From Candidatus Magasanikiibacteriota bacterium (GTDB taxonomy: Bacteria; Patescibacteriota; Patescibacteriia; Magasanikbacterales; 2-02-FULL-50-9b): a stretch of 64,000 bases of DNA. Each line of letters begins with the position of its first letter. Positions within the stretch are counted from its first letter, which is position 1. This document shows positions 38,854 through 47,847 of this stretch, piece after piece. The position numbers were made by a program, and so were the translations under genes. Location: positions 10,612-74,611 of the forward strand of contig CAITMK010000008.1 in NCBI GenBank assembly GCA_903893485.1, written 5' to 3'. Below the pieces are notes generated by a model. That model was given only the letters and a program-made list of their open reading frames with translations, had not been told where the DNA came from and made no database searches.

Positions 38854-38962
38854 TTCTGTATAGAACTATAAAATATTCAGGTACAAAATTACTTCTTTAG
38901 CAGATAACGAAAGTTGGACGATGATGTCGTCCAACTTTGGCAAACTATTAAAGAAGTATTTT

Positions 38963-39038
38963 TGGTGCCCCCGAGAGGATTTGAACCTCTATTAACCCCT
39001 TAGGACGGGGCAGTTCTATCCAGTTGAACTACAGGGAC
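38963..39038 (-). tRNA. tRNA-Arg (anticodon CCT), CCA encoded
   Basis: GTCCCTGTAGTTCAACTGGATAGAACTGCCCCGTCCTAAGGGGTTAATAGAGGTTCAAATCCTCTCGGGGGCACCA. Confidence 0.8.
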
Positions 39039-39121
39039 GTGTGGATAACTCTGTGGATTGGGTGTTGATAACCGAACAAAAACCAAACGAAAAACTTTTT
39101 TGTGCTATACTTGTATATACT

Positions 39122-40186
39122 ATGTTGGAAACCGCACTTCTCATCGTTTTTGCCTTACTCATCACTGTTTTGCTTGCACTACTATATCGTTTATACCAGA
39201 AAAATCAAGAGGCTGGATCAGCGCAGACAAATAATCTAGAGCACCGTTTTGAACAGACCATGAGTACCGTATTACAACAACTTAATGCGACAACTCGCCA
39301 AGTAAATGACCGCTTAAAGGAAAATTCAGAGGTCTTACATCGTTCACAGCAAACAATCGGCGAACGCTTAGACAACAGCCAACGTGCATATGCGGCTGTT
39401 ACCAACAAATTATCAGAACTTCAGGAAGCAAACAAACGAATTTACGACGTGGGTAAAGATATTTCATCCCTTCAGGAAATTTTGCGTTCGCCAAAGCTTC
39501 GTGGAACAATTGGTGAATTATTTTTAGGCAACTTACTCGCTCAAATCCTGCCACCAGATCATTACACTGAACAACATCGGTTTCAGAGCGGCGAAGTTGT
39601 GGATGCCGTCGTTAAACTGCGCGACAACATGTTAGTTCCAGTAGATTCAAAATTTCCACTCGAAAATTTTCAAAAAATGTTATCGGCGCCAGAGGATGAC
39701 AAAGAATCCTTCCGCAAAATGTTTGTAAACGACGTAAAAAAACACATCGATAAAATTGCAAAACAATATATTTTGCCGGACGAGGGCACGCTGAATATTG
39801 CGCTCATGTATATTCCTGCGGAAAATGTGTACTACGAAACGATCGTGAAGGGAATTGAGGAAAATGATTTGGTGCATTATGCGCATGCAAAAAACGTAAT
39901 TCCAGTTTCCCCAAACAGCCTTTATGTATACCTGCAAACTATTTTGCTTGGCTTGCGCGGTATGCAAATCGAACAATCAGCACGCGAGATGATGCAAAAT
40001 CTGTCACGTTTGAAAGGCGATCTTGAACGATTCAACGGTGACTATATGCTTGTTGGAAAACATCTGACCAATGCTGGTCGCGCATTCGATGACTCACGAA
40101 AACGCTTGGAAAAATTTGATACGAAATTTGAAAAAGTTGCACAAGTGGAATTAGCAGAGACGCCGATCGTACTAATCGAGGAATAA
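39122..40186 (+). CDS. rmuC: DNA recombination protein RmuC
   Basis: N-terminal TM helix, long coiled coil, C-terminal RmuC-type nuclease-like domain (LNIALMYIPAENVYYE); start chosen after tRNA. Confidence 0.8.
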   Translation: MLETALLIVFALLITVLLALLYRLYQKNQEAGSAQTNNLEHRFEQTMSTVLQQLNATTRQVNDRLKENSEVLHRSQQTIGERLDNSQRAYAAVTNKLSELQEANKRIYDVGKDISSLQEILRSPKLRGTIGELFLGNLLAQILPPDHYTEQHRFQSGEVVDAVVKLRDNMLVPVDSKFPLENFQKMLSAPEDDKESFRKMFVNDVKKHIDKIAKQYILPDEGTLNIALMYIPAENVYYETIVKGIEENDLVHYAHAKNVIPVSPNSLYVYLQTILLGLRGMQIEQSAREMMQNLSRLKGDLERFNGDYMLVGKHLTNAGRAFDDSRKRLEKFDTKFEKVAQVELAETPIVLIEE

Positions 40187-40190
40187 AAAA

Positions 40191-40350
40191 GTTCTGATAC
40201 TGACCACTCATGTGTTGACCTCAGTGCGCACATCGCACACTCCGATGCAATATCCCAGAAAGACCGGGGTGCAAACATGGTTTGGAGTGATTGAGTTAGC
40301 GGTTCCCTTAGGTTAAAAGGCCCGGACAGCTTGTGATCAGTATCAGAACA
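40191..40350. repeat. about 160-bp element bounded by 17-bp terminal inverted repeats (MITE-like or structured ncRNA)
   Basis: GTTCTGATACTGACCAC (40191..40207) vs GTGATCAGTATCAGAAC (40334..40350), 16/17 complementary; GC-richer interior with TTGAC...TGCAATAT. Confidence 0.4.
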
Positions 40351-40400
40351 AATAATAATATCATAAAAAAGAGGCCTTGTCAATATGCGCAAACAAAAAA

Positions 40401-40432
40401 TCCCGGACGCTAGCCCGGGATTTTTCTTTTCG
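40401..40432. terminator. bidirectional intrinsic terminator
   Basis: AATCCCGGacgctagcCCGGGATTTTTCTTTT. Confidence 0.6.
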
Positions 40433-40434
40433 CT

Positions 40435-40695
40435 TTAAAGTGATTTCAACTTTTTAGCTAAGCGTGATTTTAAGCGCGCTGCTTTGTTGGCGTGGATTAC
40501 GCCGCGCTTTGCGGCCTTGTCCAATGCCTGCTGCAAACTACGAGCTGCTGATGATGCTTCAATTTTGTTTTTAGCATCTACTGCAACGCGAGCTGCTTTT
40601 TTCAATTTACGAACACCGTCACGAATTGCTTCGTTGCGGATGAACGCTTTTTTTGACTTACGTAACGCTTTTTTTGCTTGTTCAAGATTTGGCAT
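40435..40695 (-). CDS. rpsT: 30S ribosomal protein S20
   Basis: MPNLEQAKKALRKSKKAFIRNEAIR... typical S20. Confidence 0.95.
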   Translation of the reverse strand: MPNLEQAKKALRKSKKAFIRNEAIRDGVRKLKKAARVAVDAKNKIEASSAARSLQQALDKAAKRGVIHANKAARLKSRLAKKLKSL

Positions 40696-40744
40696 AATTA
40701 TTCAATGGAGAGCATGGAATATGTTTTTGCGTGAGGGAAGCATA

Positions 40745-41707
40745 TCACGCAGCCACAAACTTGTCAATTAGCATGCGAGGGTCCGCGGAACCGTGTTTGA
40801 TGGCGTAATCAATGTCGATCAGCCGATCGTACCACAAAACCAAATCGGCGCGAGCGGCCCGGCGGGCAGCACCAATAATTTTTTTGCCCACAAACGGATG
40901 CACGCCCATTTTTGCGGCGGCGGTTTCTTCGTGCAGGGCGGGGTTATCGGCGATTAAATCATGGGCCTCGAACATGAGCCGCGCCTGACGATGCAACATT
41001 GCAAACACATATACAGGATCATTATCCACGTACCAAACCTGGGCTAACAATTCCATGGCATGCTTTTTTTTGCCCTGAGCCAACTCATCCATGGCGGCAA
41101 AAATTGTGTTTTCAATATCAGGCGTTAAAAAAATATCTAAATCTTTGTCATTGATTGGCCGCGCGGCACCAACATATGCGGTTAGCATTTCAATCAAATT
41201 TGAAAGCTCAAAATTGTTTGCAACGCGGCGAGATAGGGAATCGGCCGCTGAGTTAGTAATTGTCGCACCGCGCGCCGCAACCTCGCGCACAATAAAATCA
41301 ACGCGGTTTTTCCCTTCGAATGCTGCAAATTCCTGAGCAAACTTGCCTTGAGTCAGACGCGCATGCAGCGCTTCGTTAGAATTCTTAGATTTTTTAACTG
41401 GTTCTTCCTCCCACAAAACAATAATTGTGTCTTCCGGCGGTTCATTGTCCAAAAATCGTACGGCAAACCAGGTCAATAATTCTGCATCGCCCAATTCGAG
41501 CATGCGCTCGACCACCACCATGCGCTTAGGAGCCAGAAATGGCGCTGTGAGAAGTTCTGAGCGAATATCCGTCGACTCATTCGCACCCACCACAACTCGC
41601 TTCACGTTGAGGCGCTGAGGGTCTCGCTCGCGATAAAATTTCTCGATGAGTTTATCGAGATGCTCGCGCGAGCGTTTGGTATCGGTACCGTATAAATACA
41701 AAATCAT
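40745..41707 (-). CDS. holA: DNA polymerase III delta subunit
   Basis: MILYLYGTD... N-terminal clamp-loader delta pattern; size 320 aa. Confidence 0.75.
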   Translation of the reverse strand: MILYLYGTDTKRSREHLDKLIEKFYRERDPQRLNVKRVVVGANESTDIRSELLTAPFLAPKRMVVVERMLELGDAELLTWFAVRFLDNEPPEDTIIVLWEEEPVKKSKNSNEALHARLTQGKFAQEFAAFEGKNRVDFIVREVAARGATITNSAADSLSRRVANNFELSNLIEMLTAYVGAARPINDKDLDIFLTPDIENTIFAAMDELAQGKKKHAMELLAQVWYVDNDPVYVFAMLHRQARLMFEAHDLIADNPALHEETAAAKMGVHPFVGKKIIGAARRAARADLVLWYDRLIDIDYAIKHGSADPRMLIDKFVAA

Positions 41708-41735
41708 GGTGGCATCTTACAACATGGGGCGGGGA

Positions 41736-41764
41736 TTGACAAAAAGCCGAATTTCTAATAGTCT
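41736..41764 (+). promoter_or_regulatory. promoter TTGACA-N17-TAGTCT
   Basis: TTGACA 41736..41741, TAGTCT 41759..41764; AAGGAG 8 nt before ATG 41797. Confidence 0.5.
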
Positions 41765-41796
41765 TGCCTCCAGGCATCACACAAGGAGATATTGCC

Positions 41797-42378
41797 ATGA
41801 CAGCAGAACACAATTTCGCAGGCGCATCGAGCGCATACTCACTTGTGGGACGTATCGTCGATATGCTTCACACATGCGCGCAAGGTAGAAAGGCTGCCAC
41901 GCTCATCGAGAGAAACCTCGATCTAATCCACCGTCTACTGCGGACAATCCGCGCGGTTGCCGAACTCGAAGCCGTCGGACCGAACTACGGTAACGATCCG
42001 ATGGAGGTATCGTACACGAGCGCCACCGGCGAGTCTGTGAAAGAACGTGTTTGGCTCGGCGCCATCCGGCTCAGTGACGTTTACAGCGATGCTGGGCGTG
42101 GCCGTTCACTCGACGAATTTAATCCAGAACAAACGCGCACGATGCTGCAATTGCTCGATGTCCGATTCGCAAACGAGCACCACTGGAAAGCGCTCGCGAA
42201 CGAAACGAGCGAGCCGTGGCGTTGGCAACAATACCTGATCTTCGACGACGCACGCATCCTCGTGCCGATGAAGCAGGAAGTCCCCGCGCTGCAAGCACAC
42301 CCATGTACCAACAACACCGTGCCGAACATCGACTTTTACCCCTGCATCATCATCGTGCTGAAGTTGGAGCCGATGTAG
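41797..42378 (+). CDS. hypothetical protein (193 aa), GC-rich cassette gene E1
   Basis: ORF with SD-supported start MTAEHNFAG; no recognised domain. Confidence 0.55.
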   Translation: MTAEHNFAGASSAYSLVGRIVDMLHTCAQGRKAATLIERNLDLIHRLLRTIRAVAELEAVGPNYGNDPMEVSYTSATGESVKERVWLGAIRLSDVYSDAGRGRSLDEFNPEQTRTMLQLLDVRFANEHHWKALANETSEPWRWQQYLIFDDARILVPMKQEVPALQAHPCTNNTVPNIDFYPCIIIVLKLEPM

Positions 42379-42395
42379 CTAGCAGCGAAACATGC

Positions 42396-42452
42396 GGTCC
42401 GTCCGGATCTGAGTCCATCACTTGGGGCTCTCCGGACGGCGTTTTTATTTTG
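42396..42452 (+). terminator. intrinsic terminator, family shared with 43202..43256
   Basis: GGTCCGTCCGGATCTGAGTCCATCACTTGGGGCTCTCCGGACGGCGTTTTTATTTTG. Confidence 0.65.
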
Positions 42453-42466
42453 ACAAGCTATGAGGA

Positions 42467-42495
42467 TTGACAGAAACTGTATTTTGCAGTAGTCT
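42467..42495 (+). promoter_or_regulatory. promoter TTGACA-N17-TAGTCT (paralog of 41736..41764)
   Basis: TTGACA 42467..42472, TAGTCT 42490..42495, both preceded by GATTGACA. Confidence 0.5.
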
Positions 42496-42551
42496 TTTCC
42501 CATGCCTGTAGCAAATTGCTGCACACATCCCAACATCGCGTGAGGCTATCA

Positions 42552-43193
42552 ATGAGCAATCCTGTTTGGCTTTTTCTTCACCACATTCGCCCTTATCTGT
42601 TCGAGGTCGAGACGCTTGATCCGAAAAACCTGAAATCAGTCGCGGCGGCGCTGAACCTTGTCGATCGGTTCAATCAGATCAGTGAGCACGCGCTGCACGA
42701 GCATTTCAGCACCGTCGATCCGAGCGCCAACGATTCGCAGGAATTGCGGATGTTCCACAACTTGTTGAAGTCGCTGCTCGAAGTGATGCCGCGGCACCCT
42801 GAACTGACCGCGACCTACAACAAAGTGTTTGGCGTTTACGTGATGCTGTTCGAACACCAGCACGACGAATACGGCAAGCGCGGCGCTGAGCGGATCGTCG
42901 AGATGCTGAAACCTGAGAACTTTCAACACAACATCGAGGCTTGGCCGATTTACCACAAAGCGATCATCCTCGCCGTGTGGGCATTCGTGAGGCGTGCAAA
43001 GACAACCCTGAGTCCGCACAACGATGATACCATTCCGCTGAAAATCACGGCGGTGGAACTTGTGCTGAGAACGATCGATCCCGACATGTCAGCTGCCGCA
43101 AAGATGAGGCGTATGAGCGAATATGGCCTGGATCATACGTACCGGCTCTACCAGTTTCACCACCATGAATCGGCGAGCACGACGCCGCAGTAG
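42552..43193 (+). CDS. hypothetical protein (213 aa), GC-rich cassette gene E2
   Basis: SD-like GAGG 6 nt before ATG (MSNPVWLF); His-rich C-terminus YQFHHHES; no recognised domain. Confidence 0.55.
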   Translation: MSNPVWLFLHHIRPYLFEVETLDPKNLKSVAAALNLVDRFNQISEHALHEHFSTVDPSANDSQELRMFHNLLKSLLEVMPRHPELTATYNKVFGVYVMLFEHQHDEYGKRGAERIVEMLKPENFQHNIEAWPIYHKAIILAVWAFVRRAKTTLSPHNDDTIPLKITAVELVLRTIDPDMSAAAKMRRMSEYGLDHTYRLYQFHHHESASTTPQ

Positions 43194-43201
43194 TCGAACT
43201 A

Positions 43202-43256
43202 GTCCGTCCGGATTTGAGCCCAGCATTTGGGGCTCTCCGGACGGCGTTTTATTTTA
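43202..43256 (+). terminator. intrinsic terminator; U-tract contains polA stop codon on opposite strand
   Basis: GTCCGTCCGGATTTGAGCCCAGCATTTGGGGCTCTCCGGACGGCGTTTTATTTTAATCC. Confidence 0.65.
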
Positions 43257-45965
43257 ATCCAAATCTGCCCAACTGTTTCCAATCGCACTATCAACTTTCA
43301 GTGGCACGCTCAATTTCGCAACGCCATTCATAATTTCAACAATCTTTGGCGCCAAATCTTTAACCAACTTTTCTTCAATCTCAAAAATCAATTCATCATG
43401 TACCTGCAAAATCATGCGAGCAGGGCAGGCGCGTTCCGCAGCGGTTAGGCTAAACCCAAATCCATATTCGCGCACCAAAAATTCATCAACCGCAATCATC
43501 GCTTTTTTCACAATGTCAGCTTGCGTTCCTTGAATTGGCATGTTCACTGCCATGCGATCTGCGGCGGCGCGCACACCAGCCACGCCGGAATGCATTTCTG
43601 GCATATAGCGACGGCGACCAAACATGGTTTCAACGTATCCATTCTCACGCGCAAATTTTTTAATGCCTTCGACGTACGCTGCAACACCAGTAAACGTTGC
43701 AAAATATTTTTCAATAAACGCGCGTGCCTCACTTTGTGAAATACCCGTGCGCTCTGCCAAACCCCACGCACCCATTCCATACAAAACACCAAAGTTAACT
43801 TCCTTTGCGGAAAAACGCATTTCTTTAGTCACCTGATCGAGCGGCACACCATGAATTTCTGCGGCCGTTGCTTTATGAACGTCTTCGCCTTTTTCAAAAA
43901 TTTCAATTAATTTTTTATCCTGTGCTAAGTGTGCAACAATGCGCAATTCAATTTGCGAATAATCGCACGACAACAATTTGTATCCATCGGCTGCAATAAA
44001 CGCACGACGAATATCGCGGCCCAATTCACTACGCACCGGAATGTTTTGCAAATTTGGATTCGATGATGACAAGCGACCAGTTGCAACAACAACTTGATTG
44101 TAACTGGTATGCACACGACCGTCTTGCGCAATTAATTTTGGCAACGCGTCGACATAGGTCGATAATAATTTTGCAACTTCACGATGTTCCAAAATCGCAT
44201 CAATAATTTCGTGCGTGCCTTTTAATTTTTCAAGTTCGCCGGCGGCGGTTGAAATTCCAGTTTTTCCGCGCTTAATTCCAAATGTTGATAATTTTAATTC
44301 TTCAAATAAAACTTCGGAAACTTGTTGTGGCGATGCAATGTTAAATTCATGGCCTGCGAATCCATACACGCGCGCGGTAATTTTTTCTTGGCGCGCGGTT
44401 AAGTCAACATGTAATTTTTCCAAATATTTTGGATCAACTAAAACGCCATAACGTTCCATGCGCGTGAGTGGTGCAACGAGTGGCATTTCAATATCCGTAA
44501 ATAATGCCATCTGATTTTTTTCTTCCATGTCCGCACCTAATTTTTCTGCGATACGTGCAACACGTGCTGCAGCACGCGCAACAGTTGCACCATCCGCAGT
44601 TGTCCATTCAGCCACCGGCACGTCTTCGCCTAAAATTGTAATCACCAAATTTGGTAAATCATGTGCGCGTGTTCCGGCTTGCAATAAATATGCCGCAACC
44701 ATAATGTCAAAAAACTTTCCCGCAACGGTGATGCCATGCATCGCAAGTTCGTGCATTAATTGTTTAACATCGTGGGCCACAACACCAACGCGCTTATCCA
44801 TAAACAATGGACCGAGCGCATCCCACTGCGATTCCTCGCGCACTTCAACTGCAGCCTGATTGTCGCCATACGAAAATCCAAAGAACGCAACTGATCCTGC
44901 AAACAAATCTTGTTGCGCAACGCGCATAAAATGCACTGCAATTTTTGGTTGGTCTTGAAGTTTTGCAACCAACGCATGTGTGCTTGCTGCATCGCGTGCA
45001 ACAACTATTTTTTTTGCGGGTGTAGATTTTTTTGGTGCTTCTGCAGCTGGCGCATCTTTGCTTCCTGGTAATCGATTTAACAAAGATAAAAATTCAAACT
45101 TTTGCAAAACAGGAAAAATTTCATCGCGTGTAATTCCATCGAATGCGCATTCATCAAAATTAAAATCAATTGGCACATTGCGTACAATCGTAACCAACTC
45201 CTTACTAAGGAGTGCATCTGATTTGTGCTCGAGTAAAACTTTTTGCACACGCGCACTCAATCCTTCTGCAACTTTTTCATGTGCAGCAGCCAACTCCAAT
45301 TTCTCGTATAAATTTTCAATGGTCCCAAAATATTTAATAAGTTCCATGCCTGTTTTTTCGCCAATACCTTTTACGCCTTTAATATTATCAGACGTATCAC
45401 CACGAAGTGCTTTGTAATCGATCATCTGAGGTGGTTCAAAACCAAAACGTTCGTGCACCGCTGCCGCGTCGTAAGTTACGGTGTCATTAATACCTTTGCG
45501 CATGGTGTACACCACGGTATTTTTGTCTACCAACTGAAGTGTATCCATATCACCAGTCACAATAACTTTTTTTGCGTGAGGCGCTTCGGTTACAATCGTA
45601 CCGATCACATCATCAGCCTCAAAACCTTTTTTTTCGTACACCGGAATTTTTGCAGCTGCTAAAAATTCTTTGATAAAAGGAATTTGCGCATACAATTCAT
45701 CCGGTGCTTTTGTACGCGTTGCTTTATATTCTGCATACGCTTCATTGCGAAATGTCCCACCAGCCACATCAAAGGTAACTACCACGTGCGTTGGTTTAAC
45801 ATCTTTTATCGCTTTAAAAAGTGTGGTGATAAAGCCGTACACTGCATTTACCAAAACCCCGTCTTTCGTTGCCAAAGGAGGAATTGCATGAAAACATCGA
45901 TGTACCATTGCGTTCCCATCGATAATCATGAGCTTATTTTCTGAGGTTTTTGGAGTTTGAGCCAT
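43254..45965 (-). CDS. polA: DNA polymerase I (5'-3' exonuclease + 3'-5' exo-like + polymerase domains)
   Basis: N-terminal FEN motifs, Klenow motifs DYSQIELR, RRxAKxxNFGxxYG, QVHDELIFE. Confidence 0.95.
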   Translation of the reverse strand: MAQTPKTSENKLMIIDGNAMVHRCFHAIPPLATKDGVLVNAVYGFITTLFKAIKDVKPTHVVVTFDVAGGTFRNEAYAEYKATRTKAPDELYAQIPFIKEFLAAAKIPVYEKKGFEADDVIGTIVTEAPHAKKVIVTGDMDTLQLVDKNTVVYTMRKGINDTVTYDAAAVHERFGFEPPQMIDYKALRGDTSDNIKGVKGIGEKTGMELIKYFGTIENLYEKLELAAAHEKVAEGLSARVQKVLLEHKSDALLSKELVTIVRNVPIDFNFDECAFDGITRDEIFPVLQKFEFLSLLNRLPGSKDAPAAEAPKKSTPAKKIVVARDAASTHALVAKLQDQPKIAVHFMRVAQQDLFAGSVAFFGFSYGDNQAAVEVREESQWDALGPLFMDKRVGVVAHDVKQLMHELAMHGITVAGKFFDIMVAAYLLQAGTRAHDLPNLVITILGEDVPVAEWTTADGATVARAAARVARIAEKLGADMEEKNQMALFTDIEMPLVAPLTRMERYGVLVDPKYLEKLHVDLTARQEKITARVYGFAGHEFNIASPQQVSEVLFEELKLSTFGIKRGKTGISTAAGELEKLKGTHEIIDAILEHREVAKLLSTYVDALPKLIAQDGRVHTSYNQVVVATGRLSSSNPNLQNIPVRSELGRDIRRAFIAADGYKLLSCDYSQIELRIVAHLAQDKKLIEIFEKGEDVHKATAAEIHGVPLDQVTKEMRFSAKEVNFGVLYGMGAWGLAERTGISQSEARAFIEKYFATFTGVAAYVEGIKKFARENGYVETMFGRRRYMPEMHSGVAGVRAAADRMAVNMPIQGTQADIVKKAMIAVDEFLVREYGFGFSLTAAERACPARMILQVHDELIFEIEEKLVKDLAPKIVEIMNGVAKLSVPLKVDSAIGNSWADLD

Positions 45966-46064
45966 AGTAATGGGTAGTGTAGCAGCTCTTCAGGTATAAA
46001 AAAAGCCCTCAGACCGCCACGGTATTATGGCAGTCCAAGGGGAAGAAAACGTCTGCTGATTGGT

Positions 46065-46859
46065 TCACGAAGCTTCGGGATTCGGCAATTCTTTGTAAAT
46101 CACCCGGACATCATCACGGTCTGCGCCGACAACGTGATATATGGCTTTCAATTGGCCGTCTTTAGCCGAGCAGTACCCACGCAAAATGCCGGTGAGCGTC
46201 TTTGCAGAATCTTCGACTGGCTCAAAAGCAAACTCGGTACCGTATATATTAGACTGCGTAACACGGCCAAAAATGGTTTCACCCTCCGCATTTGAACAAG
46301 CCAAGATTTCGGATCCGTCTTTGCAGGGAACCGTGGCCAAAAATCCGCGCTTAGCGAGCCGCTTGCCCGTTTCTGCCGAATATTTGAGCGCCATCCATGC
46401 GCCTTCAAAACGCCAGAACAGCCGGGTACTCGTTGAACGGATCACCATGCCGTTCACCAGCGTGTAGTCGATCGCCGGCTCATCCCACTTGAGCGGATGA
46501 TGTACGCCCGGTTCGTAACACCGCCTCGCCGACGTATAAGTTCCCAGTCCGGCATACACACGCGGCAAGGCCTGATTACTCAAATCACCAAGAGCGCCAA
46601 CAAGATCGCGCCACACAAGAATGGCTGGCAAGTGATTAGCCTGCACCTTTCCTGAGAGTGTCACGAAAATTTCTGGCGAAAACTCTCCCTTTTGCGGTGA
46701 AATTACAAGCCGAGAAAGTGTCGTACCGGCAAATCCGCGGGGAAGTGCGGTCTCGATAAGCGGCAACAATTGCAACGTCTCCAAACCATCTCCAGGCACA
46801 TTCAAATACAGGCCATGAGCACTCCGCAATAGAGTACCGCCAAATTTTTCCGCTGTCAT
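46065..46859 (-). CDS. hypothetical protein (265 aa), GC-rich cassette gene
   Basis: GGAGG 5 nt before ATG (MTAEKFGG); promoter TTGACG-N17-TATACT at 46901..46929 and 5'-UTR hairpin CCCTACgtgatGTAGGG. Confidence 0.55.
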   Translation of the reverse strand: MTAEKFGGTLLRSAHGLYLNVPGDGLETLQLLPLIETALPRGFAGTTLSRLVISPQKGEFSPEIFVTLSGKVQANHLPAILVWRDLVGALGDLSNQALPRVYAGLGTYTSARRCYEPGVHHPLKWDEPAIDYTLVNGMVIRSTSTRLFWRFEGAWMALKYSAETGKRLAKRGFLATVPCKDGSEILACSNAEGETIFGRVTQSNIYGTEFAFEPVEDSAKTLTGILRGYCSAKDGQLKAIYHVVGADRDDVRVIYKELPNPEAS

Positions 46860-46900
46860 GAATCCTCCAAAAGTGAGCCCTACATCACGTAGGGTCAAAA

Positions 46901-46929
46901 AGTATATCGTTAATTTGCAAATTCGTCAA
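46901..46929 (-). promoter_or_regulatory. promoter TTGACG-N17-TATACT
   Basis: revcomp CGTCAA 46924..46929, AGTATA 46901..46906. Confidence 0.5.
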
Positions 46930-46932
46930 TCA

Positions 46933-47715
46933 TCACAAACCAATTTGCTTTGAAACAGCCCACAAAGAATTAAACATTGCCTGCATTAATTCAAAATGCT
47001 CACGCGACTTAACCACCAAAACAAAACCCGTGTCGCGACTAGAAATATACATAACTTCTTGGTCATATAAAAATACTGTGGTGCGAAAATGTCCAATCAT
47101 TTCTTTTGGAAGTAAACGCACTTCTGCCAAACCCTTGTACGAATTTGCTAAAATTTTTGGTTCCAATTCTTTTTCCCACAAATGGCGCGTGGTAATTCGA
47201 CGCCCCACACGCTCTGCAACATAGCTCGCAGAAAAAGCCTGTCCAACTTGCCAAAAAAAATTATCGTGTGGCGCAATGGAATCAATGTGCCCACTTTTGC
47301 AATAGAGCGTATCCATGATCGCGCGCTTCATTGCATCTTCACCTTGATAATACAAAACGCCCGGCGCACCTTCATGCGCAATATTATTTTTTTTCAGCGC
47401 CGGAATAAGTGCGGTAACTTCATCTGCAAGCGCTGCTAATTCTTGCTGGCGAATTTTCACCATCGCGGACAACGCCTCTGGCGCTTCTGCTTGAAAACGT
47501 TCTGTGCCCTGTGCCATTTGTTTTGTTATAAGTCCACGATCCAATAATTGGCGGAGTGCATAATACACAGTCGGACGTTTTGCTTTCGTGAGCGTAGTTA
47601 ATTCGCGCGGCGTGAGTGCGCCACGTTCCACCAACATTAAATAAAGCTGAACTTCAGAATCTGAAAGACCGAGGTGTAATAAAACTTCGCGATTATTTTT
47701 ATCTAAATTTTGCAT
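46933..47715 (-). CDS. TrmB-family transcriptional regulator
   Basis: N-terminal wHTH LGLSDSEVQLYLMLVERGALTPRELTTLTKAKRPTVYYALRQLLDRGLI; low-GC native. Confidence 0.65.
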   Translation of the reverse strand: MQNLDKNNREVLLHLGLSDSEVQLYLMLVERGALTPRELTTLTKAKRPTVYYALRQLLDRGLITKQMAQGTERFQAEAPEALSAMVKIRQQELAALADEVTALIPALKKNNIAHEGAPGVLYYQGEDAMKRAIMDTLYCKSGHIDSIAPHDNFFWQVGQAFSASYVAERVGRRITTRHLWEKELEPKILANSYKGLAEVRLLPKEMIGHFRTTVFLYDQEVMYISSRDTGFVLVVKSREHFELMQAMFNSLWAVSKQIGL

Positions 47716-47758
47716 AATGAGTGATTGAGTGGTGTTGTCTAAGCATTATTAAAACACA

Positions 47759-47787
47759 TTGTACGGCTTAGGACAACCCGGTATGCT
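47759..47787 (+). promoter_or_regulatory. candidate promoter TTGTAC-N17-TATGCT
   Basis: 17-nt spacer; weaker -35 than other cassettes. Confidence 0.3.
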
Positions 47788-47847
47788 GTGGATATGTGAT
47801 GAGAAAGGCTCATCGCACGAAGAGGAGACAAGCGGTAAAGAGGAACC

